A stretch of 64,000 nucleotides of DNA from assembly GCF_000181795.1 (NCBI RefSeq), contig NW_003526943.1, positions 8,349,472-8,413,471 of the forward strand. The letters are read 5' to 3'. Under the pieces are notes generated by a model. The model made no database searches, was not told the DNA's origin, and was given only the letters and a program-made list of their open reading frames with translations. A program made the translations under genes and the position numbers. The stretch comes from Trichinella spiralis (taxonomy: Eukaryota). This document shows positions 1-13,699 of this stretch, one piece after another. Position 1 is the stretch's first letter; each line of letters opens with the position of its first letter.

Positions 1-3000
1 ATAGCCATCCGGGAATGTTTCCGCGATGTCGGGTGTATTCTCACGTCGGTATGTGTGGAAGAAATCTTCTGCAAAAAAAGGGCATAAAAAATTAAAAAAA
101 TATCCAACAACAACAACAACAATAAGCCACACCTATTGCAGTTCGGACTTTTTTGTCGATCTCGGGATGGAATTTCAAAAGGGATATCGTAGCGTTGATA
201 CGGCGGTCGATGTCGACCAATTTGTTCAGCACATCCGATTTGAAGAAAATACTCTCTTGCGGCTTGGATCGAAGCATATGCCGGTAGTGGTTGAGAAGAT
301 GCACCCGGTCCTTTTCCTCTGCCCTGACGTAGGCTTTCAACGTGCGAAGTATAGCGTGGGCCGGCGGTGGTCCGGCCACGTCGTACAGCTGATGAAATTC
401 TTTCAAAGCCAGACGCTTCTTTTCGTTCAAATTCGCCATCACCCTCTGCTGGTGGATGTCTTCAATTTGATGACGTTCATCCGCATTCTCTTCTTCCAAC
501 GCGGCAACAGTTTTTTGGAAGCGCTACAATTAAATTACAAAGAAATAAAAAAAAACAGTTAATAATCCTCATATTCGAAATTTGAAAACAAAACACACAA
601 CAACTCTACATACCATGTTCATTTCATTTTTAAATGATTCCGCATGCTTTGGATCTCGTCTTTTCATTTCTTGATATCTATTTTCCAATTCGGACCACTC
701 TTTCATCACCTTCAATTGAAAACATTGCAAAAAATACTGTCGAAAAAATATTCCAAACCATATCATATATAATAATACTTTGGAAACTTTCTTGTGATGC
801 ACTTTTGTCAAATGTTCCAAAGCATTCTTGTACGCTTCGTGTTCAATTTCTGGATCCGCAACACGAAGATAGGCGGACTTTTCGTTGTCAGCATCCGCAG
901 CTTCGTTCTCTGCATCGTCGTCGTCGTCATCGTCATCATCTTCTTCGTAATCTTCTTCTACAAGTGCAAAAAAAACAGACTGTTGATGTGGTCGACAACT
1001 CTATTTTAAATCACCATCACCCACCATCATCATCTTCATCTTCATCATCATCAGCGGCTGTTTTCGGAGATGCTGTAGTCAGCAAAGCAGGCGGTGGTAC
1101 TGTAGAATGAGTTCTTGTAGTAGTAGTGGTGGTGGTTGTCACCGCGGGTGGATATTCTTCACTGTCGTTTGGTATTGCTGGTCCGTATAATTCGTTGTCA
1201 CGATCTCTGCTCGACTGCATGCGGATCGACAGTCTGCCAACGTTGACCACATCGGCATTGATGTCGTCTCTGTTCGGACAACATACGAACTCCACGCCGG
1301 AGAACATGTCCAACCCGCACGGTTCAAGCATGGCGAACGACAAAACCGAATAGGAATTGCGTCGTTTGCAATTTTTGATTGCCGTCTGATTCCAATAATC
1401 GAAATCTTTGCATATATTTTCATCGTCCACATGCTCGAAATGACAATTTTTTGGCACCAGCAGTGCGTCGCTTTCGAATTCACCAACTATAGAACAAAAC
1501 AAAGTCAGTCAGTCAGTCAGTCAGTCAGTTGGTCAAATTTTCCTTCTACAAAAGCAAATCTTCGCAAAAATCATTTCATACCCATGCAACGGTACGGTTT
1601 CACCCAAAATGACCATTTGCAAGGATAGCCGTCATCCTTGCACCAATTGTCCACTTCGACAAAATGACTCGATTCGACAATATTTGTCACGGTCAAATTC
1701 CAATAAACCTTAATATTCAAAAATTAAATTTAAACGCATTTTTTGCAAATAATAATAATAATAATGCAAAATGGTCCAACCTTTCGGCAATATTTCAAAA
1801 TGTCCAATTTGCCAGTTAGGCATGATGCCCTCGAGTCGGGATCGCTGGCCCAAGAACCATCTTCGGTCATGTAACGATTTCGAAAACCACAACGGAAAAC
1901 TACCTGCGGTACAAATGCATTGGCCTTCGTCTTATGATTCGACGCAGCGCTTCCTGCATAACCGCCAGAAACTGCTTGGAAACGAGTCAACTGAAATGAT
2001 ACACATTCAAATAAATTAATATCATTTAAATAATTTCTAAAATGCATTTGAAAAATTACTACAATGCACAATCAAATTGCCTAGATTTTACTTCTATATA
2101 ATTAATATGCATGCAAACGTATGTCATTCGATAAATTGATTTGCAATTCAAAAATTGACATAATATTGACAGCAACTGAATATACTAATTACTGCGCATT
2201 AACATACAGATGAAAGAAGAAGAAGAAATGAGAAAAACATGTTTTCATTGTATCGATAAAAATGTATTCTTTTAAATATCTTTACCATGAGCAAACAGTG
2301 GAGATGAATAAGAAGAAGCAACGTTATCAAGCTGAAATTATCAAAACAGGTTTCAATGTAACCTTGTAATTGCAATTTAACCGGTCAAGCGTTAAACCAA
2401 TGAAATTAGAATAACTTTTTGCAGTTTATTATTAGCCGCAATTTGAAAATCTAGTTATTAAACAAATTCTTCAAAAGAAAAATGCCAAAATACCAGGGAA
2501 AGAATTGCATAAACAATTCAGAGATATATTTCAATTGTTCAATAAAAATTGAAAATTGTCTTTTGTACAGTTTATGTCAAAAGTTAATAACCATTGCAAA
2601 GTTCATTTACAACATCTACGAAATGTTACTGATTTCTGTGCTTTGACAATTCAAAACATTATCAATATGAAAAAAGTAAGTTTATGCTAAAGTTTACAAC
2701 ATCAAAAATGCAAACCAATGCACTAATTGAAATGCTTTTCACGCTGGCTTTGAAAAATGATTTCCAAGCTGTTTCCCAGTGTTCAACCTTGAAAATGCTC
2801 TCATATTTCAAAGCAGCTTTGCAAAGAAGAAGAATAACAAATTCATGAGTTTTGAACAAACAAAAGCATAACGGAAAAAAGTTATCAATTACAACAAGAA
2901 AATAACAATAATAGAAAAAAAATAATCATTTCCCATTCATTATTTGAAAATATTTCAAAATAATATCAAAAAATAGGCAAACGCAATGTTTGCATTTACA

Positions 3001-3123
3001 ATTGCAGTCTAAGCAAAAAAAAAAAACAAATGCAAATAAATCTTTGATAAAATCTGGGTGAACTTGAAAAATCAAAAATAAGAAGAAAAAACTATTGAAA
3101 ATGTAGAATAAACACTACCGCAT
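1..3123 (-). CDS. apl-1: Amyloid precursor protein family member (APP/APL-1-like), 5' part; continues beyond the left edge
   Basis: Manual splicing of 3119-3123, 2286-2331 and 1781-1990 gives a signal peptide MRLITLLLLIHLHCLLMLTRFQAVSG followed by E1 motifs (PQVVFRCG..., CLTGKLDILKYCRK, EFESDALLVPKNCHF, FAMLEPCGLDMFSGVEFVCCP). A Thr/acidic tract and E2 helices follow (KVMKEWSELENRYQEM, EEENADERHQIEDIHQQRV, YVRAEEKDRVHLLNHYRH). Confidence 0.93.
1504..1528 (+). repeat. (TCAG)n tetranucleotide microsatellite in an APP intron
   Basis: gtcagtcagtcagtcagtcagtcag read directly. Confidence 0.9.
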
Positions 3124-5710
3124 GTTTGTCAATCAAGGAAAATAAATGTGTGCATTAGATTTATGGAGAAATAGATAAGCGGAGTGTTGGACGTTTTTGT
3201 CAGCGTTGAAAAGAACACAAAGTGGCATTTAATCCTCGGAAAACGCTCAGCAAATAAAACTACGACAAGCATTTCGGCGCAACAATGAATCACACTTTTC
3301 TAATCAACGAATAAATTGCAACACGATTGAACGTTGCAAATTCGTCGCAAAAGCTTCGCGCTAATCACACAACGCGTGCCCAAGTTGAACAAAGGTTAAC
3401 AACAACAACAACAATCATAACTGAACATTCTTCTCAACTATAAATTGGGAAAAATTACCAACAACAAAATTTAATTATTAACTTATTTATAATTTAATAG
3501 AATATTCAAATTAAAAAAGAAACAACTGAACTGAATTAAATTTTCACATATACATGTCTGGGTGTATCTTGAATAGCAGTTCCATATTGTTATATGCAGA
3601 AAAACTAAATGCGCATAAAGTTATGCATGCTGATGAATGAACTACATGAATTAATCGAAAAATTTATCTTTTTAAATACTTTTATAGCAAATATTTACAT
3701 CAAACAAACGTTCTCACGATGAAATTTAAGCAGCTGATTAAATGAAAAGCTGACCAAATGAAAGCTTGATATCTACCTCGATAGAGCCGACTGCAAAATG
3801 CAGACAGATTGAGAGAAGGAAAAATGCCAAGTTAAGTAGCATTTTCACCATCAGCCACCGCACGAGCGAGCTTAAAGACCGACTGGCATGGCACAGTATG
3901 ATGGCTAAGTGTCACAGCAACCAATCGATAAGCTTCTTGTCATACTGTAAATCTTGAAGATCACATATGAATAAAAATAAAATGAAAAAAATTAATTTAG
4001 ATCAATTTACTCCATTTCATTTTAAAAATATTATTCAATTTTTAATATGCATGAATTTTATATATTTCTTTTATTTTTATTGAAAACAGTGATAAATTGC
4101 TTACTACAGTTTCAATTTTTTGCACAAATTCTCACTTCTATTTTTTTATTTCATGTTTTCAAAATGAATTATAAATTTTTAAGCTTTAATCATTAAATGA
4201 AGTAACCACAATGTTTTTTTCACTGCTCAACTTATTCGCGACGGTACATAAATTTTGCATTTCATTCGTTAAGATATTTGTCAGTTCAAAAGTAGAATTG
4301 AAATTTCCTTCAAATAACTAAAAAATAAATATTGTCCAGCATTTTTTTATTTTTCGTTCATTAAAATCATCAAACGATGGTTGTACAATATCACCTTTTT
4401 TCTTTCATCTTATAAATTCACTTTATCATTATTTATTATTTTATAATGTATTTTTATCCAATAAATTACAATGTCAAATAACGAAATGATTACAAATGAA
4501 ATGGTACGCTGTTTTGCATGGTAGACAGGTGGATGATTTTACAAAATTTGTTTTTAATCAGCGAACGCAATAGTTTTGTTTGAAAAATTTAACCACAGAA
4601 CAGTAATAATTAATCTCAAAATCAACTGGACCAATAATGGTGTTCCAATTTCACGCGTGATTAATTGCGCAAGAATTGCGCTATTGAACAACGACTGTCA
4701 AATTAATCTTACTTATCAATATGTTATTCTGTAGCACAATTTGGCCTCGTTTTGTTGAAAAAGTTCTGGCAAAAATTCCAGCATGTCATTTTTAATAGTG
4801 GTTGTATTAATTGGTTTTTAATAAATATTATAGAGAAGTAATATGTTTATATCTTTTACTGGTGCATTATTATTTGATGAAACATAAGTTGCAACACTTG
4901 CACAGTTCAAATGACAAATAAAAATAACATTCCAGTTTAGAAAAATAAAGAGGGGATTTGGTTAATTTGTTTACGCATGCTAATGTTTTTATATAATTTG
5001 TTTTCAGTGTTTTTGAGATTGAATTATTATAAATTAATAAGCACATAGGCAGATTATACATTTTTTACAGTATTTTGTTTTTTTTTGTATTTGTTCGAGT
5101 TTGGTTTTTTTGTTGCGAGTGAACGGTTACGGGACGTGAAAGTGCGTAGAGTAAAGTTTAATTTTAATTCTTCTCGAGTAGAAATGTGAATTATTCGACA
5201 GTTTAGTACTTATTTACGTTTTATTTGAAAAAAGTTTTTTGGTTTTGCCTCATGTTAGTTTCTTTTTCCAAACTGATGATATTGTGAAGTCACGTATGCT
5301 TTGAAAAAAAAAGCTGTTGATCCATTTGATGTTAAATATGTCCATTTTCAAGTGTGTGCAACCAATGATGTTGTACAATTGAAATAAACTATAAAAAGTT
5401 AGTTGTGTTGTTGATGGTAAGAATAAATTGCGCCAGTTGAGAGATATTGCGTTTAGTGGAGAAACGCGTTGTTCAGTTATTAATTTTTCATTCGAGTCAG
5501 ATGATGCTTGAAATTTATAATTTCCAACGAACCGTCAACGTCAACATTTGAGACACAGACGTTGGTTGCGCAAAGTGTTTGCTTGCGTACGCTGCTTGAT
5601 TTGCTTCTTTCACTTTCTTCCCCCTTCCTACTCCCAAAGCATCTCGCTGTTAACAGTATATTTTTACGTGGTTGCTTGAATATCGGTTTGGTGTTGAATT
5701 TCAGTCGCGG

Positions 5711-8700
5711 ATGATCAACGTATTTTTTCTCAATGTTGGACGACTGCTCAATTTCGATTTATCCTTTGCGACGAAAAGTGTTGAAGTGTTGCAAGAGCAA
5801 ATCGCCTTGCAAACTGCGGTGCCGGTCGGTGAGCAGATTTTGCTCCTCAGCGGCGGAGTTGTCCTTTGTGGGCAGAAGAATTTGTCGAGCTATACAAGCG
5901 CCGGAACCGAGTCGAATCCGATATTTGTCGTCTCCCGCATCACAACCAAAGATGACATAGCCAAAGACAAGCAGCTTAACGACAGAGAATTTGAAAGCAT
6001 TGCCGAGGTGAGTTGTGGAGAAACTGCAATTTATTGTCACAATTGCTATTTTTAAAAGTAGGTAAATGTCATTTGAATCATTTCCATCAATTGGGCACCA
6101 ACAGCTTGTGCAATTGTTGTTTATTTTGCAAATTTTTGCAAGAATGAAATGCAATTTTCAATTGTTGAATTATTTTTTTTCTTGCAGATTGCAGTCGAAG
6201 CGGATAATGAATTGCAACGGTTGGGTCGTACGATGCGATGCAGCCGTGAAGCCGTGACTTGTTGTATCAATTTGGCAAAAAGAATCAAGAACATGTTCGC
6301 CCAATTGTCGAACGCCTGCTTCCGCATGTTCGACGAACAGCATCTCGTCTACCAGGGCTGGTGCGCCGTGGTTGCGAATCTCGACGACACGTTGGCTTTG
6401 TTCCGCAAGCGGATCCAACGACTGGTACGCAAACGTGAACGTCTGGCCAACTGCGAAGCCGGCATCCGGGATCTGTTGACCAAATTGCCGGACATTTTGG
6501 AAACGATGAAACGCGTACCAATAGTCGAACCGTTGGTCAATTCCAAATTGGCCCACTGTTCACCGGGGGCGGTGGTCGATTTGGATATGTCGGTTGAAAA
6601 GCCGGCCGCTTGTTTCGCTCCCAAAACCCCGACCACGTTGTTCTGCTGGATCGACAGTTTGAACGAGGAGATCAACTTGTACAATTTGAAAGAACAAATT
6701 CAAACCGACCTGGATTCTATTCTGAATCCGACAGTGCAGAAATGTTTGGACAATTGGGCGCAAGTTTGTGTTTTTCGCGAAGATGATGTGAAAATGAAAA
6801 AAATCAAAGGTATCGCGTTGAGATTCCAACAATTGGAAGGTTGTGTGGAAAAGATGAAAGAGCTCGTGACGGATGTGAATTTGTTCTGCGAATTTGTCTG
6901 CTCGCGTGAAGATCAGATGCGAATATGCAACGACGCGTCCGTACTCGAAGGGGTTTACGGTAGTATTATCAATACGTTGTCGGAGATGATGTCGAAGCAG
7001 AAAGCTACTCACGATACGGCCGTACGTTTCAGCGAAGCCAAAGCTGAACTGTTGGACAATATAAGACGTCGACTGGACTGGGTGCACGAAGTGCACGAAT
7101 ATATTCAAACTACCGACAGGGAAGTTTTCATTCACAGGGAGCGAATGTACATGCTTCATCGACGATTGGATCTGTTGAAACAGCTACGATTGGCTCCTGT
7201 TTTGTACGCGTCGTCGGTTGTGGAAATCAAACGTCGCACAATTTTGAGAAATCAATTTCTCGACTGGGCTGGGCAAGTTTCGGAAAAAGCGAAAAAACTG
7301 TTCACCGAAGAAACTCAACATCGAAAAAATATCGCTATGCAATTGGATCGACACTTTTTGCGCGCCCTGTTCCCCTGCTTGGATTCGCCATTTCCCGCTT
7401 TCGCGATGGACACTCCCGAAAGTGTCGACTCCTATTTGCCGAACATAGACGATTTGCACATTGAACAGATTCGCACCGGGGCTCCGGAATTGGCGCCATT
7501 TTTACAACTTGGCCACAACAAAGTCGGTCTTGGTTCCACCGACGTGGACAAAACCGACTGCAGTGGCGGTAAAATGGTCCCTTCGGCTGGTCGGACACCT
7601 CTGGTCGAAGAAGTACCATTTAAAATGGCGACGAATTCGCCGTCGTTTTTCCACAGCATGGATAACGTGTCCGGCACGCCGAGTTCGTTGAATTTGAGGT
7701 CGGTTAGTGAAATTGAAATTTGTGAAGAATCGTTGAAAATGAAAGAAGAAGAAAGCACCATTGAAATGGAGGTATTTTATACTGATTTATTCGGACAATT
7801 TCAAATCCAATTATTCTGTTGCAGAAAGAATGCTTGCCAACGCGATCTACACCAATTACCGTCGTACCACGGACTCGTGAAAATAGCAGAGTCGGCTCAT
7901 ATCCGATGTGTTGTTCCCGGGCGGCCCACAGTTTCGAACGGCTGTCTGGTGGTGGTCTTGGTGGTGAAATGACGGCGGAATGCGAAGCGTTCGTACAACG
8001 CAATTACAAAGTCCATCCATTGTCGCCAGATTTCATCTCAGTCAGTCCTTGTCCGACTGAAATACAAGAAAAGTATCATTTCTACCAGTAGTATTGTGTT
8101 TTTATTTTTCCCCGTAATATATTGGATAGTTCAGCTTCCTTCTTTTTTTGTTTTTTTTGCAGCATGTTACCCCAGGTCGTCGGTTCAGCTTCTTCGTTGA
8201 CCAGATCGTTGGACATCAGTACACCGGGTAGTTTGGCTCATCGTAAGCTCGTCTTCGACATGAAACGCATCAACGAACAGTTGAACAACAATTGCTCTTC
8301 GGATGCGGTCAGTTTGCACCAACGTCTGCAGTCCATCTCTTCGACGGCACTGTTGTTGAAAGATTCACTGTCCTCTTGGAAGGCGGAATTTCGCTCGTTG
8401 AGAGTCGATGTGGCAGATGAGCTCCAATCTGTCAGACGTTCTTGCAACGAACAGATGGAATTGTTGAAAGCCAACCTGGAGCGCAGTTTAAATCACACTG
8501 TCAACACTAGAATAAGCCAAATGAAAAGTGCCAACAAAACAACATCACTTGTCGATTTCCACTGTCAAGTTCAAGTATGCGGTTTAAAGTTCAATGGGGG
8601 ATGTTTATTTACTGTTTGACATGTTGTTTTGTTTCAGATGGAATCGGTCGACAGAGTTTGCGAAACTGAACAGCGAAAGTAATGCAAAAAATTCTGTTCT

Positions 8701-9605
8701 GTTTTATTTATCAATTTTCAGTTGTAAAATTGGCTTATTAATTATTATTATTATTTAAGCTATCGAAAGGCTGCATGTTGTTCATCAACTGAACTACTAC
8801 TGCCAATTGATGATGGCGATGTGGAGGAGAATGACAACGATGAGGATGTGATTTTGAAAGAATCCCACAACTTGGTGAACTATTTGAAAGAAACATACGA
8901 AAAGAGAGCGACCGAGTTGAAATCAGTTATTGAAAAATTGAAACAATTTGGCATTAGTGAACATTCGTTGGCTGCTTCTTTCGAATCGTTTCCGTTCTCG
9001 TCGTCTGTTCGCCTGTTTAACGGCAACGGCTCGTTGTTGTCAACCCCATTCGACGACAATCACTCACAGGCGGTTTACAGTAATCGTAAAATTTGAACTT
9101 GAAAATCATCATTTTCAAAATTTCTAATTTTACCCATGTATATTTAGAATTGGACAGCTCTTCGAGCGACAAAAGCAGTGCTGTTGTTGCCAACGATGTT
9201 TCCAGTTGTGTGGAATTTATTCTCAGTCACGTGAGTTGTGAAGTGCAGCCGCAGAGGATTGGCGCCGAAAAAGTCGACCGTTCAACGCAGACCAAGCTCG
9301 ATTGTAAAATATCCGTCGTCAATATCGAGCCTGGAGATATTGTATTGGTCGTTTTCGAACCGAAAATCGAATCGTTCGTCGTGTTCTGCTTGCCGACCAC
9401 AATTCACGTACTGACCGAATCTTCAATAAAAAATTTGGACCTTTCGAAAGACGGCTCCTCTGACCAAGGCAAGTGGAATTTTGGTCGAGTTATAAGAAAG
9501 CAGCATTGTCAGGCGAAAAAGGAATCCAACCGATACAAACTACCGACCGGCTCCAAATTTTATCGTGTTACTGTCGAACCAATAGGTGCGAGAAATGACT
9601 TGTAA
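5711..9605 (+). CDS. atg-11: RB1CC1/FIP200/ATG11 autophagy scaffold, multi-exon
   Basis: ATG at 5711 lies just after a tttcag acceptor. N-terminal ubiquitin-like domain (MINVFFLNVGRLLNFD...VPVGEQILLLSGG...NPIFVV), ATG17-like region (DEQHLVYQGWCAVVANLDD; APVLYASSVVEIKRR; HFLRALFPCLD) and C-terminal Claw/ATG11 domain (ISVVNIEPGDIVLV...CQAKKESNRYKLPTGSKFYRVTVEP). Confidence 0.92.
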
Positions 9606-9719
9606 CATTCTCGTTGTTGTTTTACACGCTCTCTTTCTTTCTCGCTTGCCGTTTCTTATGTTCATGTTATGGTGTATATTATTTTATTTATTCAAATTTA
9701 CAACAAACAAACAAACATG

Positions 9720-9900
9720 CATACATACATACACACACACGGCGGACATAAATACGTGTACATTTTATATATATATATATATTGTTCTTTTAGAATCGCA
9801 GAAACAGCTTGTTTATTACGTGCTCAACGCCTTTTGTTATATACATACGTTAATACATACATACATGTATGTATACATTTATATATATATATATATATAT
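9720..9900 (+). repeat. Cluster of (CATA)n/(CA)n/(TA)n microsatellites between the convergent ATG11 and SAPS stops
   Basis: catacatacatacacacacac and two long (ta)n runs read directly. Confidence 0.85.
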
Positions 9901-10106
9901 CATGGTTCTTGTTCAATTAAAAAAGCAATTCTTCTTTCATATGAATTTATTTTTTTTATTCAATTAAAAAATAATATAAAATTCGTGCATAAAAAATACA
10001 AACCAACTGTTATTTTTAATTAAAAACTATTTCGTCGCTCAGAAATTTTTCAACAAGTATTTTGAAAAATATACTTGTGGTAAATTAACGAATTAAAAAG
10101 GCGTCG

Positions 10107-13100
10107 TCAGTAATAATCAGTCCAGTCGTCATCGCTGGAATTGTTCGGATCTACAATGGGAAAAGACGCAAATGAAAATCATCAATCACAATTTCTCCAA
10201 TCATGCAACAGACAATATTTCAAAATAGTTACCAATTTTAAATGGAACAGTTTTTGGCCACGGGTCTGATTTCCTGAAATTATGAAAAAATTAATTTATT
10301 AAAAAAATTTAACAATACTTCATTTCACATTGTTATCACTAATATTAAAACAAAAAAAAGAATTCTTACTTTCCATTATTCGTATCTGGCTCTTCAGGAA
10401 ATGCATCTGAAAAATTGCAACATTTCAATTTTTGTACAACATATACATACATATATATATACCAAATTCTGTAAAATCAAAGTCATCGCTTGAGTCGCCA
10501 GTTTCCAAATTTGATAAACTTGTCACTACATTTCCCAATACACTGTCTCTATCAAATTCTAAAATAAATTTAATTATATTAAAAGAACAAGAACAAAAAA
10601 GCATTTAACAAAGCCGAGAGACCACTGGATTTGCAATAATTGGAAAGTTTACTGTCCAAATTGCGCAACCATTCGCTGGTGCAAACAGTGGATAAATCTG
10701 AAAAATAAGCAACATTATTATTATTAATAAATTTAATTTCAATAAATGTCTACTTGAAAAGATTCCACTTCCGCGTAGCGGTTCAGAATAATTTGCTTTG
10801 AAAAATTCATTAATCGTGTGCGCTAGCAATAGCAAACTTTGCAACGGTGAAAAATGAATTTTGAAATTTTGTCTAAAAGAAAATTTGTTCTTTTTTTAAT
10901 TACACATTTCCAACAATAATAAAAAAGTATGCAAGTATTATTTACTTGTATTCATCAATTTTTTCAATTTGTCGTTCAATAAAACGGAACAGCTTATCAT
11001 TGCTGAGCAGCTAAAGTAAAGAATACAAGAATACAAATTATCGTATAATATTCTTTTTTTGAACATGTAAAAAATGAAACAAAGAAGCTTACATTTTTCA
11101 AAAGTAACGAGAATGTAGTTGCCGTTGGAGTTTTGAAGAAGTTTTTGCATATTGGCTTCTCAGATACAATGCATGACATCAATTGGCAAGCATTAACCAT
11201 GATCATCCAATCCAACGTGTAGTTTTCCATTAAACTCTAGAAAATTTTGAAAAAACTCTATCAATTATATCAAGAATATATGATAAATAAAAAATATATA
11301 CTAGCAAAGCTTCAACTAGACGTCCTTTATTCAGCATATGATGAACCAACAACGAATGACTGTACAACAGACTGCCTATTAATTTCAATACTACTGACTG
11401 CATTTCACGATTCTGATTCTTCTCATTTGCCTAAAAATACAAAATTAATATAAAATAAAATACAAAAAAAACACTACAGTACAATACAAACATTTTCAAG
11501 CGATCTGAATAAAATATTAATAAAGATGGATATTTTCCGAGCTATCATTTCCTCGCAGTTGTTATTTAAATAAGGATGAAGCGCTTCTATTGGACCAGCA
11601 GCACCGAGCAACTTTGCAGAAATGTACATACTGTGATGAAAAAGAGAAATATTTTTGCAAAATAAAAAAAGAAACCAATTCATCTGAAAATTAATAATTA
11701 CTTCCCAATTTTTTGATTCGCCTGCACGAGACAGATTAAAATTTTACAAGCATTTAAGAAACATATTTTCGATACATCATGATCAAAGCACGTCGGCTCC
11801 AGTTGTACTATTCTATCCATGATGTGCTGCGCAAACGGGGCACTATAATACAATTGTTTTGAAAAAACAAAAGGAAAAAAATTATGAACAAAATTTCACC
11901 TTATCAAGTATTCAATCAAACGGTTAGTTACGTAATCGCTTTCCAGAACGGCAACGCAATTTTCAATGGCAGCATATATTTTTCCAAAGAAAAATGTAAT
12001 ATTTTGCAGCAACAATTCTGAAGCGGTAACTTTGAATAAAGAAAGAATTGCACCAATATAATCTTCTTCTTCAAACCACTATGGAAGGGAAATATTCAAA
12101 AAATATTATAAAGTATATTTAAATATTTATTCTTTACTTGAAACATTTCATCAGCTACACCTTTATCTTTGCATTCAATTCCAAAATCAATAATGATCGT
12201 TGCTATCATATCTGCAACGGGAAAATATTCCAATTGTGAAAAACTTGACGAGCAAATTGCCGAAATCATTTTCAATCGTGAACAGAGCTGAAAAAGAAAA
12301 TTCATAATAATAATAATAATTATTTTTTTTGAATAAATACTTTACTTCAATATTTCTGTAAGTTGCCAAATATAGTAAAACACGAGTCGCTTGAGCGACA
12401 AGAAATGAATTTGGAGAAACGGAATCTTTCAAAAAAGTTGTAATCACTTTCAGGCAGTGTGAATTTTTTAAAACAATTTCTGCCACTTTACACGTAGGTG
12501 TGGTCAATATGTCGGCAGCTACTCGACAAAGTCTAAACAACAAAAAAACAAAATGTTTTTTCTAAATTTCATTTTAAAAAGAATTTTCACAGTTTAAATA
12601 AATATATATTATAATAATGCCTACCGGAATCGATTGTTAGGTGGTATGGAAACGCATGCTTTCACCAATTTCTCGGCACGAATTTGATTTGAAAAACTGC
12701 AACATGATTACAATAGTGTGGAATAAATTTAAAATGAAAAAGAGTCATTTTCCACTTACTAGTCGAAAAGTTCATCAGGCATAAAGTGAGCATGTTGCAC
12801 AGCATTGGGATGAGCCAAAATGTCCCAAATATCCACATTCTAAAACAAAAATCGTCTTCACACACCCATATATATATACGCATAATTTTCCATATAGACA
12901 CATGCATATATACAAAATAAATTATATACTAGTAATGAATAAATGAACACGAAATTAAACCTGGTACAATGCAAAAATTAACATATCATCTTTCAACTAA
13001 CACATTTCAGTGAAACTGGAACAGTAATCTTATTATTATTATTATTATTATTACTATTGCTATTTCCCATAATAAAATTTAAAAAATTAATACAAAAATA

Positions 13101-13247
13101 TTAAATGCGAATACGTGAAAAATAACATTTATAAAACAATTTACACAACCTTGATTATAGAAAAACTGTAAAAAAATGTTTACATACATCACGTTTAAGA
13201 AGTTCGTTCAAATCTGTTTCTGGTGCCAAATTCGATTGCCAAAACAT
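10107..13247 (-). CDS. SAPS-domain protein (PP6 regulatory subunit, PPP6R/SIT4-associated), many short exons; 3' end approximate
   Basis: Starts MFWQSNLAPETDLNELLKRD (MFW start typical of SAPS proteins), then DVDIWDIL..., CRVAADILT..., FLKDSVSPNSFLVAQATRVLLYL and YDNLYSCIL-type segments; acidic C-terminal exons (SSDDDWTDYY*). Confidence 0.72.
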
Positions 13248-13699
13248 GCTTAAAAAGAATAAATTTTCCGAACACTAGAAACAAGTTACAGTACATTTAA
13301 ACATGCCAAAAGCATAAAGGTAGCATTTTATCAGATTCTATTCAAAACAAAAATAAAGCATTTCTAATATTTGTTTTATTAATTTTTTACACTGGGAGTG
13401 TCAGTGGAATGCATTTTTAAATAATGTTGAATATTTTTTGATAAATCGAACCTGCGCAGCAATAATGACGTAGTAGTTTATTGTTACGATGTGGATGCGT
13501 ATTTTTTCAGAAGTCGACGTACAATCGAGCGTTGCTTGCTGTGACTTTTTCATGTTTGCTGTTTCAGTTTGTTGATTAGTATGTAGTGAATGAAATATTC
13601 ATAGAAATACTGTTTGTCACCGATTGCACAGTTGAAAAGATATAAATCATTGTTTCTGAACGCAACGATATCAAACCAGCAGTTGCTTAATGGATGGTG

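Noticed and set aside
6149..7972. 607-aa ORF taken as a complete protein
   Set aside because: It is an internal ATG11 exon (from ~6189) with read-through into introns at both ends; the true frame continues in the 7819 ORF after the intron starting near 7772.
9226..9235. CLEAR/E-box-like GTCACGTGAG in the autophagy gene
   Set aside because: It lies inside the last coding exon (SHVS codons), not the promoter.
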